Below are positions 37,621 through 51,507 of a stretch of DNA of 64,000 nt, piece by piece (the stretch's first letter is position 1; each line of letters begins with the position of its first letter). Location of the stretch: NCBI RefSeq assembly GCF_009834535.1, contig NC_045696.1, positions 105,216,001-105,280,000 of the forward strand, read 5' to 3'. The position numbers and the translations under genes are program-made. This DNA is from Camelus ferus. Its lineage: Eukaryota. The notes under the pieces are model-generated. The model was not told the DNA's origin, searched no databases, and was given only the letters and a program-made list of their open reading frames with translations.

Positions 37621-40600
37621 CCTGGGCTGTCCACTCCCATCTGCAGGTCAGGCCCTCAGTGTCATCTGGAAGCTCTGGGTGTGTGGGTGAGGCTGGTGGG
37701 GCTCACAGTGTGTGCCCAGCCCCAAGGTCCAAGACCTCTGAATGTGGGGGTCTGTAGGTGTCCGGAGAGACAGCTCCAACCTGGTATTCGGGGAACCAAA
37801 CTTAACCCTCCTGTCTTAAAGATAGCACTTCCTCCTCCCCTCAGCTGTGCCTGGGAATCAAGGGTCTCTCTGGTCCAATCTCGGCAGAAAGCAGAAATCT
37901 GGCCTTCTGCAAGGATGGGAGAATAAGTTAGATCCAAGGGCTCCTCAGACAAACCTTCAAGTAGTACCCCTGCCTTCAGGTCCTCTGGCATCCGCACTGG
38001 AAGGTTGCTGGCCCCTCCAGGTCCCAATCCCCTCTGGGCTTCTGCCATGCATGGCAACACGCCTCTTCCTGCCTCTCCTACCTGCAGACTACTGGCTCTG
38101 GTACCACTGTTCGTCAACTCTCCAGCTTCCAAACTTGTGTTGACCTTTCCCACCTACTGCTGCCTCCTTTCCCACTCTCTTTGCCCTTGTCATTTCGTAC
38201 TTCCTTTATTCCTTTATTGCCATTTTATTAGAGTTTTCAGAGGGGGTGGAGATAAACAAGGAATTCTGTCTGCCGTGTTAAACACACACAGCCACGTGTT
38301 GCCATGACAACCCCTAGGTAAGGGTGGTATAGCTTCATACTAAGCGATGTGCTGGATGTTACCCACAATGAAAAGATAGGTTCACTTCCTCAAAGAGCTA
38401 CCAGCCTCAAAGGAAAGGCAAAGGTAAAGACTTCAATATCGTGCAAGTCCTGTAACGGAGGTGTACCTGGGCCACAGAGGGGTCACCAGAGAAGGACCTC
38501 CCTCTAACAAGAGGGAGAAGGGGTCACGTAAGAGATAACACTGGGATTGTAGGATTGTGGGGAAGGAGAAAGACTTAAGCTTGTGACCATTTGGAGGGCA
38601 AGAAGGAATTTGCTCAAATTGTTATTTTCATTGACTCTCCTCTCCCGGGAACTATAACAAAGTATTGATTTCTCAGTGTACAGCTCGACCTCCCCTGTCA
38701 AAATGAGCTAAACCTTCGCAGATGACATCTGAGTATCCAAGATGCCCAGCAGAGCTGCCTGGAGGAGCCCCTGACCCCCACCCCCAGTTTCCTCCTGTAA
38801 AACAAGAGATTAACAGGAAGGTTAAATGTATGTAAATTTCCCAAGAGGGTTGGCACCCACAAGGAGTTAGTCCTCCTAGCCCCCATCTCTTTTAAAGAAG
38901 AAAAGAGAAAGAACTAACATCTTCCATGTATAGCATGGGACTCACATGTGCAGAAGTATAACTTCTTTTGCTTTCTTTGCTCTTAAGCCACCATTTTCTT
39001 GAATGGTGAAAAAAATTGCCACTTTAAGGTAACTACTTTCTGATTTTAAGCTTATTCTCTTATAGGTTAGTTTGCAGTCAAGTTTATCTTTTCCTGCTCA
39101 CTTCCCCGAGAGTGAGTTAAGCATCCTAAGTGGCTTATTGCCCTGGCATCTGAGAAGGCGCATCTGGCCCTTAGTGCCCTCCAGTTGAGGACAGGGGGCA
39201 GAGGCATTTTTTTAAAGAGATAATAACTAGGAATTTTCCAGCTGTAATCAAAGATACCACTCCACAGATTTAAGAGACCCAGTGATCCCAAAACAAGATA
39301 CACTTCCCTATGTAGATGAAGAAGGAATTGAAAGCCACCAGAGAAATACAGATTACCTTCCCAGGAATAGCTGTTAGATTATAGCTGACTTTCCAACATC
39401 ATCAATTAAAGTCAGAAAACAGTAGAACCATAACTTCAAAATACTAAAGAAAAATGTTTGCCAAACAATGGTTTCATACCCAGTGAAAATAGATTTTGAG
39501 AACAAGGGTGTAATATTTTGAAAATGTCTTCCAAGGACTAAGTCAGTAACTTAAGGAAATTCTACAGGATATATTTAGCCAGAAGGAGTGATTCCCATAT
39601 AGCAGGTCTGATGTGCAAGAAGAAATGGAGTGCAAAGAGAGTGGCAAATAGGTGGGTAAATTTCAATGAGCATTGTTTGTATAAAACAGAATAATAAGGT
39701 CTAGTAGGGTTAAAGGGAAAAATAGGCTTAAAATACGTACAAGACTAGAGCTCTCCTGTCCCCATGTTTTTGAGGAAGAGGGGAAAGGTCTACATTTACT
39801 TTGGATGTGAGACTATGTACAATTCCACTCTGAGACACAGGAAAATAAAGTAAAGTGTGAACATAGGCAGGACAAGAGAAAAAAAACATAAACTTGTGTG
39901 ATAAGAAAGAAAATACTATATAAGATGGAAGCTTTAAACTTAAATCTACGAGCATTCACATTAAACGTAAGTGAACTTAATGTTCAAATTAAGAGTCAAT
40001 AATTGTCAAACTTGACCAAAAAAATTTTTTTTTAATCCAGCTATAGGCTATTTACAAAAGCTTTGCCTAAAACAAAAGTACAGAAACATTAAAAGGGTAG
40101 AAAAAATATGACATACATCTAATCAAAATAAAAGCATTAAGGCTGTGTTAATATCAGGCATATAGAGTTTAAGTAAAAAGTATGACTAGAGAGTAGAGAG
40201 AAAGAGGCTTGATTCAAAGGAAGATATGTAAGAATCATAAATATGTATGCACTTAAATAACATATCCTTAAATATATGAAACAAAAGTTGAAAGAACTAA
40301 AAGGAAAATTAGAAAAATTCACAATCACAGTGGGAGGTTTTAACATGCCTCTCTTAGTACCTAATACAAAAGCAGCAAAAAAAAATCAGTGAGAACATAG
40401 ATTTAAACAAAACAATTTAGCAATATTGAGTAAATGGACAGAACATCACACCCAACAGTCATAGAATACACATTTCTTTTTAAGCACACATGGAACATTT
40501 ACTGAAACTGGCCATATCCTGGGACATGAAGCAAGTACCAACACATTTCAAGTGATTGAAATCAATATAGAGTATGTTCTCTGGCCACAGTGCAACTAAG

Positions 40601-41722
40601 CTAGAAGTCAGTAACAAAAAGATCACCAAAAACCTCAATATGTTTGGTAATTCAGAAAAATACTTCTAAATAACTTATGGATCAAAAAAGGCATAATAAT
40701 AAAAAATTAGAAAGTATTTTGAACTGAATGATCATGAAAACACTACATATCAAAACTTGTAGGATGCAAGTGAAGTCATCCTTAGAGGGAAATTTTACAG
40801 CCAGAACTGTGTATATTAGAAAATAAAACAAACTGCTAATTAGCTAGCCAAGCATCCATCACCAGAAGTTAGAAAAAGAACAGCAAAATAGCACAAAGAA
40901 AGTAGGAGGATAGAATTAATAAAATTAAGAACAGAAATTGCTGAAATGGAAAACAAACATTCTGTAGAGAAGATCAGTAAAGCCAAAAGCTGGTTCTTTG
41001 AAAAGACTGGTAAGACTGCAAACCTCGAGCAAGACTGAACAAGGGAAAACATGGAAACACAACCAACATTAGGAGTGAAAACAACATCACTGCAGGTGGT
41101 GCCGACACTAAACAGATCAGAGAATATCGGGAACAGCCTTCTGCCAATATGTTTCAAAATTTAGATATAATGGACAGAATCCTGGAAAAATGTCAATTGC
41201 CAAAAATTATAATGAAGAATTAAAAATCTGAATCGTTTCATAGCCATTAAAGAAATTAAGTCCGTAGTCCAAAAATTACACACAAATTAAAACTTCAGCC
41301 TCGTAAGACTTCACTGGTGAGTTCTACCAAACACCCAAGGTAGCGGGGGAATGTTATTTCAATCCTACACAAGCTCTTTTAGAGCGTAGGAAAAGAGGGA
41401 ACTCCCAGCACTCGTTATGAGCCTAGCAAGACCTTGATACCAAAACCTGATTGGGACATTTAGAGAAAAGAAAATTGTAGACTTCTCTTACTTCCTAAAA
41501 AGAAAATTAGCAAAGCAAATCCATCAACACATTGAAAAGATAATATATCTTGACCAAACAGAGTTTATCTCAGGAGTGCAATATTAAAGATTAGAAAGTT
41601 AATCACTGCAATGCACTATATTAACTGATTGAAGGAGAAAAACCACACAATCATTTCCAAGAATTGCAGAGAAGTCATTTATGACAAAAGCTCTTAAACT
41701 AGGAATAGCTGGGAATGTCTCT

Positions 41723-42772
41723 CTTTTTTTAATTTTACTGAGGCAACATTGATTTATAACACTGTGTAAGTTTCTTGTGTACAACGTTATATTTCTACTT
41801 CTGGATACCATAACCATGTGCTCACTACCAACAATTTAGTTTCCACCTGTCACCATACCATTGATCTCCTTTACCTTTTTCACCCTCGCCCACACCTCCG
41901 CATCTGGTAACCACTGCTGTTTTCTGTATGTACATGTTTGTGTTCATGTTTGTTTTTGTTTGTTTTGTTTATTCATTGGGATTTTTTTTTTGGTTTATTA
42001 GTTTCTTTATATTCCACATATGCTTGAAGTCATTTGGTATTTGTCTTTCTTCATCTGGCTTATTTTGCTTAGCATAATACCCTCAAGATCCATCCGTGTC
42101 GTCACAAATGGCAAGATTTCATCTTTTTATGACTGAGTAGTATTCCACTGTATGTATACGTGTGTGTGTGTGTGTATATGGTATATACATAGTATGTATA
42201 TATTTGTGTACATATATATGTGTGTATATGTGTGATATATATATACACACACACCACAGCTTCTTTATCCAGTCATCTGTTGACGGACTCTTAGGTTGCT
42301 TTCATATCTTGGCTATTGTAAATAGTGCTGCAGTGGACATAGGGGTGCATATATCTTTTCAGATTAGTATTTTCATATTATTTGGATAAATATCCAGAAG
42401 TGAGATAGTTGAATTGTATGATGGTTTTATTCTTAATTTTTTGAGGAATCCATACTGTCTTCCTCAGTGGCTGCACCAATTTGCATTTCCACCAACAGTG
42501 CAAGAGTGTTCTTTTTTTTTTTTTCACATTCTCACCAACATTTTTTATTTCTTATCTTTTTGATAATAGCCATTCTGACATGTGTGAGGTGGTACCCCAT
42601 TGTAATTTTGACTTCCATTTCGCTGATGTTTAGTGATGTTGAGCGTCTTTTCATGGGCCTGTTGTGTCCTCTTTGGAAAAATGTCTATTCAGCTCCTCTG
42701 CCCATTTTAAAATCAGGGTGTTTGTTTTTTTATTGTTGAGTTGTATACATTCTTTGTATATTTTGGATATTA
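41723..42772 (-). mobile_element. Younger L1 3' portion (L1MA9/MB-like), antisense
   Basis: Minus-strand [14 protein letters not shown] peptide and poly-T at left. TSD AATGTCTCT (41714-41722) / AACGTCTCT (42773-42781). Confidence 0.88.
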
Positions 42773-42794
42773 AACGTCTCTTAAATAACACATA

Positions 42795-43209
42795 TGTCAG
42801 GCTAGACCAGGATAGGCTGCAATAAGAAATCCCCCAACTTGAGGAGCTTAACACTTACATGAAGTTTACCTCTCATCAGTTAAATCCCACATAGGCTCAG
42901 AAGGTCTACAGGGCATTTCCCTTCCAAGCTGTCTCGGGGATCCCAGTAGACCCCATTTATGGCTTTGCTATCTTAATTGTAGCTTTCAGATTCACCATGA
43001 AGAGCTGGAAGGTCGTGCAAGAGTTCTTATGGCCAAGTCTAGATGAAGCATATATCCCTTCCACCCACATCCCATTGACTATAATTTAGTCAAATCACAT
43101 AAACCCAACCTAATTTCGAGAGAAACAGAAGTGTTCGTTTTCTGTATGCCCAGAAAGGGGAAAAATAAAAATGAGTCTTAATGAACACATGGCATGGTCT
43201 CTGCCACCA
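42795..43209 (-). mobile_element. MLT1J-like LTR
   Basis: TTCCACCCACATCCCATTGACTATAATTTAGTCA...GTCTCTGCCAC motifs. The host L1 resumes at 43210. Confidence 0.7.
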
Positions 43210-46146
43210 CTGAAAAAGGGTATCTGTGGAAAACTTGCAGCAAACATCATATGTAATAATGAAACTTGAAAATTTTTCTTCTGATCGTGGGAATAACACA
43301 AGGATGCCTGGTAACACCATCTCTATTCAGCATTATACTACAGGTCTTAAACAATACAACAGGTCTTAAACAATATAACAAGAAAAAAGTGTAAAAGGAC
43401 TGAAAATGAAGCAGCAAAACTGTCAGTATTTTCGGATGGTATTATTTTAGACATAGAAGATTCAAAAGACTCTACAGATAAACTGTTAGAATTAATGAGA
43501 GAGTTCAGCAGGTTTACAAGATACATATTCAGGATACCTAGATCAATTCTATTGCTACATATCAACAATAGGGAAAATATTTTTAAAACACCGTGTATAA
43601 TAGCATCAAAAAAAATCAAATATCTAGGAATAAATCTTACAAAAGATATATAATTGCTCTACAAGAAAAATTGGAAGACTTTTTTTAGAAACATTTAAGA
43701 AGACCTAAATAAATGGAAAGATATACCATGCTTGTGGATTGGAAGGCTCAGTGTTGTAAAGATGTCAGTTCTCCCTAAATTGAATTATAGATTTGATTCA
43801 ATTCCTATCAGAATTTCAGCAAGTTTTTTGTTTGTTTGTTTGTTTTTATTTGGGGGACTGTTTCATTTTTGTGGAACTTGACAAGTACTTTCTAAAATTT
43901 ATACAAAAAATGCCAAAAGTCAAGAATTGCCAAGATACTGTTGAAGAACAAAGCAGAAGGATTTGCTTAACCAGACATCAAGATGTGTACCAAAGCTCTG
44001 TTAATCAAGGCAATGTGGCGTTGTACAGGGATGGTAGACGGGGCCACAGAACAGAACATAGAGTGGAGGAACAGCCCGGTGCACAGATGGACACCAGGTG
44101 TTCCGCACGGGTGACAAAGCACAGCATCGGGGCGGAGGAATCTTTTTGGTAAACGATGCTGGAATAATTGGCTCACCAAATGCAAAATAATTTAATAGGA
44201 CTCACATCATGCACAAAGACACAAATGTGAAAAACAAAACTATAAAGCTTTTATTAGATAATATAGAAAAATTTCTTCATGACACAAAATGCACTAGCCG
44301 TAAAAGAAAAACCTGACCACTCAATTACATAAAAATTATGAACATTTGTTTTCCAAGGATCCCATCAAAAGAACAGTAAGACAAGCCATCAGGTGAGAGA
44401 AGGCATTTGTGACACATAATAACCAGCCAACAAAGGACTAATATTTGGAATATGTGAAGAACTCTACAAATCGATAAAAAGGCAGATAACCCAAAATACG
44501 GGCAAATGATTTGAACAGGCACTTCACAAAAATAATTAAGCTTGAATATTTAATAATATCTATGAATAAATGTGCAGGCTCCTTGATAAGCAGGAAAATG
44601 AACATAAAAACCACAATAAGGTATAACTACACGTCTATCAGATGGGAAAATCCTGACAGTAACCCTGTCTGGTTATTTGCTCGATGGTGCAGAACAAATG
44701 AAACTCTCAAACACTGCTGGTTGGAAGGTTAATATATACAACCACTTTAGAAATTGCTTGGCATCATCTGGTAAAGCTGCAAACACATCTACCAAATGGC
44801 TCAGCAGTTCCACCCTTAGGTACGTATCGTAAGAAATAGATGCCTGTGTGCACAGGGCGACTTGTGTGAGGATTTTCATAGCAGCATTGTCTGTGATTGT
44901 CTAAAGCCATAATCAAACCAAGTCCAGTAAGAATGAGATGAATCAATCATTTGGTATAGAATCACACAATAGAACATTATGCAGCAATGAAACTGGTTGG
45001 ATTACATTAATTTTACTAACAAAGTGAAAAAAGCTTAACAAAAGAATACGTTCAGTATGATTCCATTTATAAAAGTTTCCGAAGCAGGTGAAATGAATCT
45101 GTTTTTTAACGTTGTATAAATACATGGTAAAGCTATAAAGGAAAGCAAGAGAATTAATATTATAAAAGTAAGAACAGTGATTAGCTTCCATCAGAGTGTG
45201 GGGGCTGTGATAGGGAACTTCTGTATCATAATCTAGGTGATGATTAAAAGAGGATATACTTTATAATTTATAACTCTTTGTCAAACCCATATGTGTTTTA
45301 TCCCCTTTTATGTGCATGTTAAATTTTATAATACAATTTTTAATATATCATATACTAAGTCAAAATATTATCTCACCACATAAACATTATCTAATTTCAT
45401 CTTTAACATAAGGTCCTGCGAAGCAGTTATTAACCCATTTTACAGATAAGCAAACTGAACTTCAAATGGCTAAACGTTTTATTTTTTCCAATAGTTTGGT
45501 AATTTACCTGAGGCATCCTAGTGAGGGATGGAACTAGAGCTTCCACCCGAGGCCCACTCCATATCTCTCTGAGTCCCATTCCTACTCTTTCCGTGATGAT
45601 TCTCTGTAGCTTCTACAGTTCACTGGAGCTCTAAGCCTAAAATGCCTCATTCTCCAGCTCCTGAGCCATGAGCATCGCCCATCAGACAGCCCACGTCCTT
45701 TCCAGAGTAGGCCTTCTGTCCCCTGAGCAGCACAGTCCTCCGGAGCCCACAGTGAGCCTGTGCAGTGGGTCACATTACCCATCCACATGGTTCAGGCTAA
45801 ATCCCATCCCTCCATCTTTGATCCATGAAATCCCCTATCTGGGCTGAGATGTGTAACTCTTGCCCCGCACATGATTAGAGGACAGCAGGGCCCTGTCAGT
45901 CCCACACAGCGGGGAGCCATCATGTTCTTCCAACATATTCCGACCCTAATTGTCTGCACTGCTGTCTGGGAGCCTTGACTGGGCTCCACCCTCACAGCCT
46001 CTTCTCGGCTCCCCTGGGTTGTAGAAGTCTCTGGAGGAGAGGCACATGGTTCCTGAAGTGCATTTACCAGGCCCACAAGAGCTGGCCCACCCAGGAAAGA
46101 ATTCCAGGGTCTGCTCCCACTTGGGATGAGGCCCAGAGATTGTTAG

Positions 46147-46515
<369 letters not shown>

Positions 46516-47689
46516 TGAAAAGTGTTTCCCCTTAAAGGAGGAGAGACCAACAGATTCACATTCTCAAGGAGGTCCTGAGTGAAAACAATCTCAAACCACT
46601 GCCCTTCAGGGTTCACTTTGTGAAAACACCCAATCTTGTTTTAAAGGGCTGCAGGAACCGGGCTCCAGGGCCACCACCTAGTAGCGGTGTGACATTAGGT
46701 GCATGACAGCTTCTCAGGGACACAGTTGTCATTTGCAAAATGGGGACAATACAACCTAATGAGGATTAAGAAAATGTAAATCACTTTTCTGACCCAGAAC
46801 CACTTAGTCGTATTTAGTGAGACCTTTTGTTATGGTCATAACTGACTAGATTGAAACCTGTATTTACATAATAGGCCATCTTTTCTAATTGTACACATTC
46901 TGGGTTCTATAAATCTCGACTTAGAAAAACAGACTATGAATCTAGAAGTAGTTACACAGGATTTTTTTTTTTTTCTCTTGAAATTACTATCAGCATTCGG
47001 CTTAAGTACAGTAGCTGTTTAAAAGCCCCGGCCAGCCCTGTATGTTAGACCAGTGGGTCACTGACTTGTGTCTGGGAAACTTTACTGGGAGTTTTCTAGA
47101 AAAGCAGGAAGTCCCACCTGTCCTGGCTGTCAGAGGGGATTGTGAGGGGGGCCTGCCTGTCGCTAATGACAGCCAGCTCTGCTCAAGGGATTGCAAACTC
47201 TCGGCTGTGCCTTTATCTGTATGAAAGCACTAGGATTGTCAGGGAAGAGGAGACACAAGTGACGAGGTTGAATAACTGGCAGGCCTGCCCATAATTTGTT
47301 TGGGTTTTCATTTTTTATTTATCTTCACAGTCACGTGGGAGAAAAATATATACCTGTTTAGAAAAGGCAAACATTTAGTTTCCATATCCTGGTTCTTATT
47401 CCTTACCCTTTGCAAGGGAAGAAACAGCTAGAAGCAGACAGTGCAACTTCAAAACCTGTTGCCAAATTAAAGGGGAGCAAATATGAAATAATTGTTAGGG
47501 TGTTTGCTCTTTTTTTTTAACATAAGGGACAAATTTACACCCAAATTGTCCTTTCAGAATAAGCAATCTGTATAGTCAGCTCCCATTTATCTAGGCTGAT
47601 AGGAGTGGAAACAAAACAGGTCACCCAGCAAATCATTTAGCTTTAACACATAGTTAGAAACAAACCAACACTCTCCTTCTCTGCCCCGT

Positions 47690-47890
47690 GGAGGTAGTGT
47701 GGCCTGGGACCCAGATCTTGGAGCCAAATTTACTAGCGAAGTGACTTGATGTGAGTGAGTTAGCCTCTTTGAGTCTCAGTTCCTCACCTAATAAGATGGG
47801 GATGACACCGCCTACTTCACTGGCATACTGTGTGAATTAAGTGAGATGATGTAGGAAAAACCTGGTTTATAGTAGGTGCTTAATCACGTT
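47690..47890 (+). mobile_element. MIR SINE
   Basis: TTAGCCTCTTTGAGTCTCAGTTCCTCACCTAATAAGATGGGGATGA core. Confidence 0.8.
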
Positions 47891-48064
47891 AGCTACCTTC
47901 CCTGCATCACTAACCCTGGCCCGTAATTTATCCTCAGAACAGATAAGCCATTCACGGATAAACAGGATTTGACCACAGTACCACATAATCAATATTCTGT
48001 TGCAAAATGCAGGCCTAAGATTTTCCTGGACACATTCTTTTTCTTCTTTTACTGTATCCCTTAG

Positions 48065-48430
48065 CCTGGTGCTTTTCAGCCCTGGCTGTGCATTGAATCA
48101 ACTAGGCAGCTTTCAGAAGCACTGAAGCCTGAGTCTTACCCCAGAGGCTGGGATGTCCTTGGTCCAGCATGGAGCATTAGGATTTTTAAGAGCTCCCTGG
48201 TGATTCTAATGCGTGGCCAGGGTTGAGCCCCCCAGCCTCAGTCACCAAGTGTGTGAACCGTGCTTATGATTAATACCAGTGGTCTCAGTCCTGGGAAGCT
48301 TTTGCAAATGCTCCACCTTCCCTACCCCAGGATTATGGTTTTCCTGGGGCAGGGTCTAGATGTGACTATTTTTTTAAAGATCTCCAAATAATTTATTTTG
48401 TGCAGCTAAGGTTGTGAATCCAGTGATACA
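48065..48430. mobile_element. Two MER5-like hAT MITE fragments
   Basis: GATTTTTAAGAGCTCCCTGGTGATTCTAATGCGTGGCCAGGGTTGAG and a second degenerate copy. Confidence 0.7.
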
Positions 48431-48889
48431 GTCGACACCATTTTAGCAGATAGCTGATTATGATTTTTTTTTCAATATTTGTAGTGGGCTTCATTACTTA
48501 TGTTTTCCTAAAATTACCAAAAGCATTTTTTTAAGGTTGAAAAGCCAGTTGAAACTGTAAAGTTGGGTGATTCTAGCAGCACAGCAGAAACCCACCGCAC
48601 CCTTTGCTCCATTTAGTGTCTTCTTGGTGGAGTCAGCAGTGGCTCCACATCATGGTGACAGTGATGTACGTCACTATGAACTAAATTCACTCTAGGGTTT
48701 ATTGAATATTCTTCTCTTTGTCAGATTGCTTCTTTTTACTCTATTTTTTTTTTTAATATGAGCCAGCTTTCGTGCTTTTCGGGCATTTAGGAACTTCTTT
48801 CGCTCTCCTTTTCCCCATGTTTGGGGGGAGGTCCTTTGTCACGATGCCATTTGATGTGGTCAAATCAGCAGCAGCATCTCATGTACCCC

Positions 48890-51100
48890 TTTGCAAACAT
48901 GATCATGTTCCCATTTTACAGATGAGGAAACTGAGGCTCAGAGAGTTAATCACAGTCACACAACAAATAAGCTCGTGGTGGAACCCCAGGCTGTTGGACT
49001 CTGAAGCCACTCTTAGGGCCATCTTCAAAACCAGTCATCTTACTGGTGGGAACACAGTGTGGCTGACATTGCTCCTGCCACAATGACTCTCTGATTGAGC
49101 ATCCCTGGAGCACAGGGGCTGCTGAGGACACAGAGAACATGCTTCCAGGGTCAGTCATCAGGCCCAGGGTACCACTCAGGCAGGCAACAAGAGGAAGCAG
49201 TGACTACTGCCCCACAAAGGCAGAGTGGAAGTCTGGGAGGAAGATGTATTTGGCACGGAAAGTAATCATTTGTACACCAGCGTTCAGAGCTCCAGCTAAT
49301 AAACAAAGTAGGGTCGACTTGAACTAGGGGCTTCAAGGTAAATAAAATTAAATGATAGTACCACCTTTTATTGATCACCTACTATGTGTGTCAGGTGTAT
49401 AAAATCTGGTCAGCTCAGCAACTCTGAGCAATTGGTGGGTTTGACTGCATTACACAGATGAGGGAATGGAGGCTCTAAAGGGGTCAGCAACATACTCAAA
49501 GTCCTACAGTTAGAAAGTGGAGGTGAGACTCAGACCTACTTCAGTCCAATGCGAGATTCCAGACTAACCCGGGACTGAATCCTCAGAGATGACATTTACC
49601 AAAACCAAAGCAATAGGACAATAACGGAAACACAGACGAATCCAGTGAGGCCCTAAGAAGACTCAGCTGAGTCTCTGACAGCATCAGGAAGGATTTTGGA
49701 CCAGAATGAAATATATTTATTTATCCACCCCTTCTACCATTCCTGAATTCTGCTGACTTTAGGTAAGCAGTTTTCTCAGGACCAAGAATATAAGGATGAA
49801 TTAAACGAGCTCCCTGTTCACCGTCTGGTAGGGAAGATAGACTGAGAGTAATGATGCTAATAACAGCTAGTGTTGATTTGGCACACTCTGTGTGGGGGAT
49901 GTGCTAAGCTCTTTAATATATATTTTTTTATTGAAGTATAGCCAGTTTACGAGTTGTGTCAATTTCTTGTGTACAGCAGAATGCTTCAGTCATACATGAA
50001 CATACATAGATTTGTTTTTTTAATATATATATTTTTACTGAATTATAGTCAGTTTACAAGCTAAGCTCTTTAATTCACCCTCACAACAGCTCTCTGGAGT
50101 GGTCCTGTATCATCCCCCATTCTACAGATAAGGAAACTGGAGGCAGATTGCCCGTGGAACACCAAGATTCCACAACTGCTAGTTGGAACCAGAATTCCAG
50201 GCCATTTCATTCTAGAACATGACCTTTCCACTGCACCTTCTCCCAGTGACAGTCAGCATCAGCCACTTGCCCAGCCAGGAAGAAGCACTTCTCCTCCATG
50301 GTCTTGTGATCCCAGTGTAGGCAAGGCGGGCATTAACTTTCCTTACCAATTAACAGAGGTCAAGGAGGCTCTGAGAGTGTTAGTGATTCACCCAGAGTCA
50401 TACAAGCAGGGGAGCCTAAACTTGAACCTGGCCACTCTGGCTACAAAGCACCTGCTGTTCATACCAGGCACTACTCCCTCCCAAACACAGCTCCAGTAGA
50501 TGCATGTTACAGCTGGTGGAAGATTGAAGATCAAATTGATACAAGACGTAATGATTATCTGTGCTTGATTAAAAAAAAAGAAGGCACGGGTACCTCTTGA
50601 TTTGCAGAAGACAGATTACTGAAAGAGCCAGGCCTGCCAAATTGGTGTAAGTCAGATCATATTTGAACTGCTAACACGTAATGAGATTTGCTCTGTGCTG
50701 CACGTCGTTTCGTGCACGTTGCATGTGTAACTCCTTTCATCTTCATAACCACCCATTGGAGGCAGGCACTGTCATCATTCCTCACTTTGCAGGTGCTGGG
50801 ACCGGAAACCACCCACCCAGGGTCCCACATTTGGCTGGTGGGGGAGCTGGGATTCAACCCAGACAGCCTGGCCCCAAGCCAGGCTCTGAGCCATCACCCT
50901 GTCAAGTTCTGAAGTACTAGCTTCCAATAAGAGCGAGCATCCTTTTGGAGCAGCAACTGTAGGCCATGCACTGTGCCAGTGCTTCCTGTGTGGTAGCTCA
51001 TTTACTATCACAAAAGTCTAAAAAGTAGGTGTATTATCCCAGCTTTACAAATGAGCTCAGGTCCATCTGATTCTAGTAGCCCAGGTCCTTAATCCCTATT
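48890..51100 (-). mobile_element. Cluster of about 6 MIR fragments (about 48890, 49370, 49850-50230, 50290, 50660, 50950)
   Basis: Repeated CCCATTTTACAGATGAGGAAACTGAGGCTCAGAGAG-like cores, all in the same orientation. Confidence 0.75.
49918..50059 (-). mobile_element. Two tandem L1 3' termini within one TSD pair
   Basis: TSD GCTAAGCTCTTTAAT (49903-49917 / 50060-50074). L1 end copies at 49918-50009 and 50011-50059. Confidence 0.85.
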
Positions 51101-51424
51101 CAGCTTTTTTTTTTTTTAAGTGAGATACTGAAAGGAAATACTGAAAGAGTAGAAATATGCCCATTTCCTTCCCTCCGCAGGGCTCAGGGAAGGCAGTGAG
51201 CTGTCAGATAGGGCCCTCTGTGAGCTCCCAGCCCTGTCTGCTTTAGGTCCCAGCCCTGGGCATAGGGCCTGGCCCACAGTAGGCACTCAACAAATATTTG
51301 TGGAATGAGCTGCCTAAAATGGACAAAAGCAGGTTGAGGCTTAAAATCAGAGACCCGCCCTGGGTGGCTTTGGGGGACTGTAGGTGGCACGGACACACCC
51401 TGAGCCCCTCTGCTTACAACACAG

Positions 51425-51507
51425 GCATCATCGCAGCGAACTGCTCAGATCTCTGCCCAAGACAGAAGGCGCAGACCAAGGCAGGGCCGCCTCCCCGGCC
51501 CCCGCAG
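51425..51507 (+). CDS. NMNAT3: NMNAT3 coding exon 3 (R-HHRSELLRSLPKTEGADQGRAASPAPA-A)
   Basis: Not in the ORF track in this frame; read manually. Acceptor CTTACAACACAG|G, donor CAG|GTGGGT. 83 nt, phase 2 to 1, bridging exons 2 and 4 exactly. Resembles recalled human [20 protein letters not shown]. Confidence 0.94.

Larger units (their letters stand above)
39205..45345 (+). mobile_element. Long ancient L1 (ORF1-ORF2-3' UTR), decayed and interrupted by a younger L1 and an MLT1 LTR
   Basis: Colinear ORF1, endonuclease (about 39950-40700), RT (ACAAGGATGCCTG...CTATTCAGCATT at about 43300) and 3' motifs. Confidence 0.85.
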
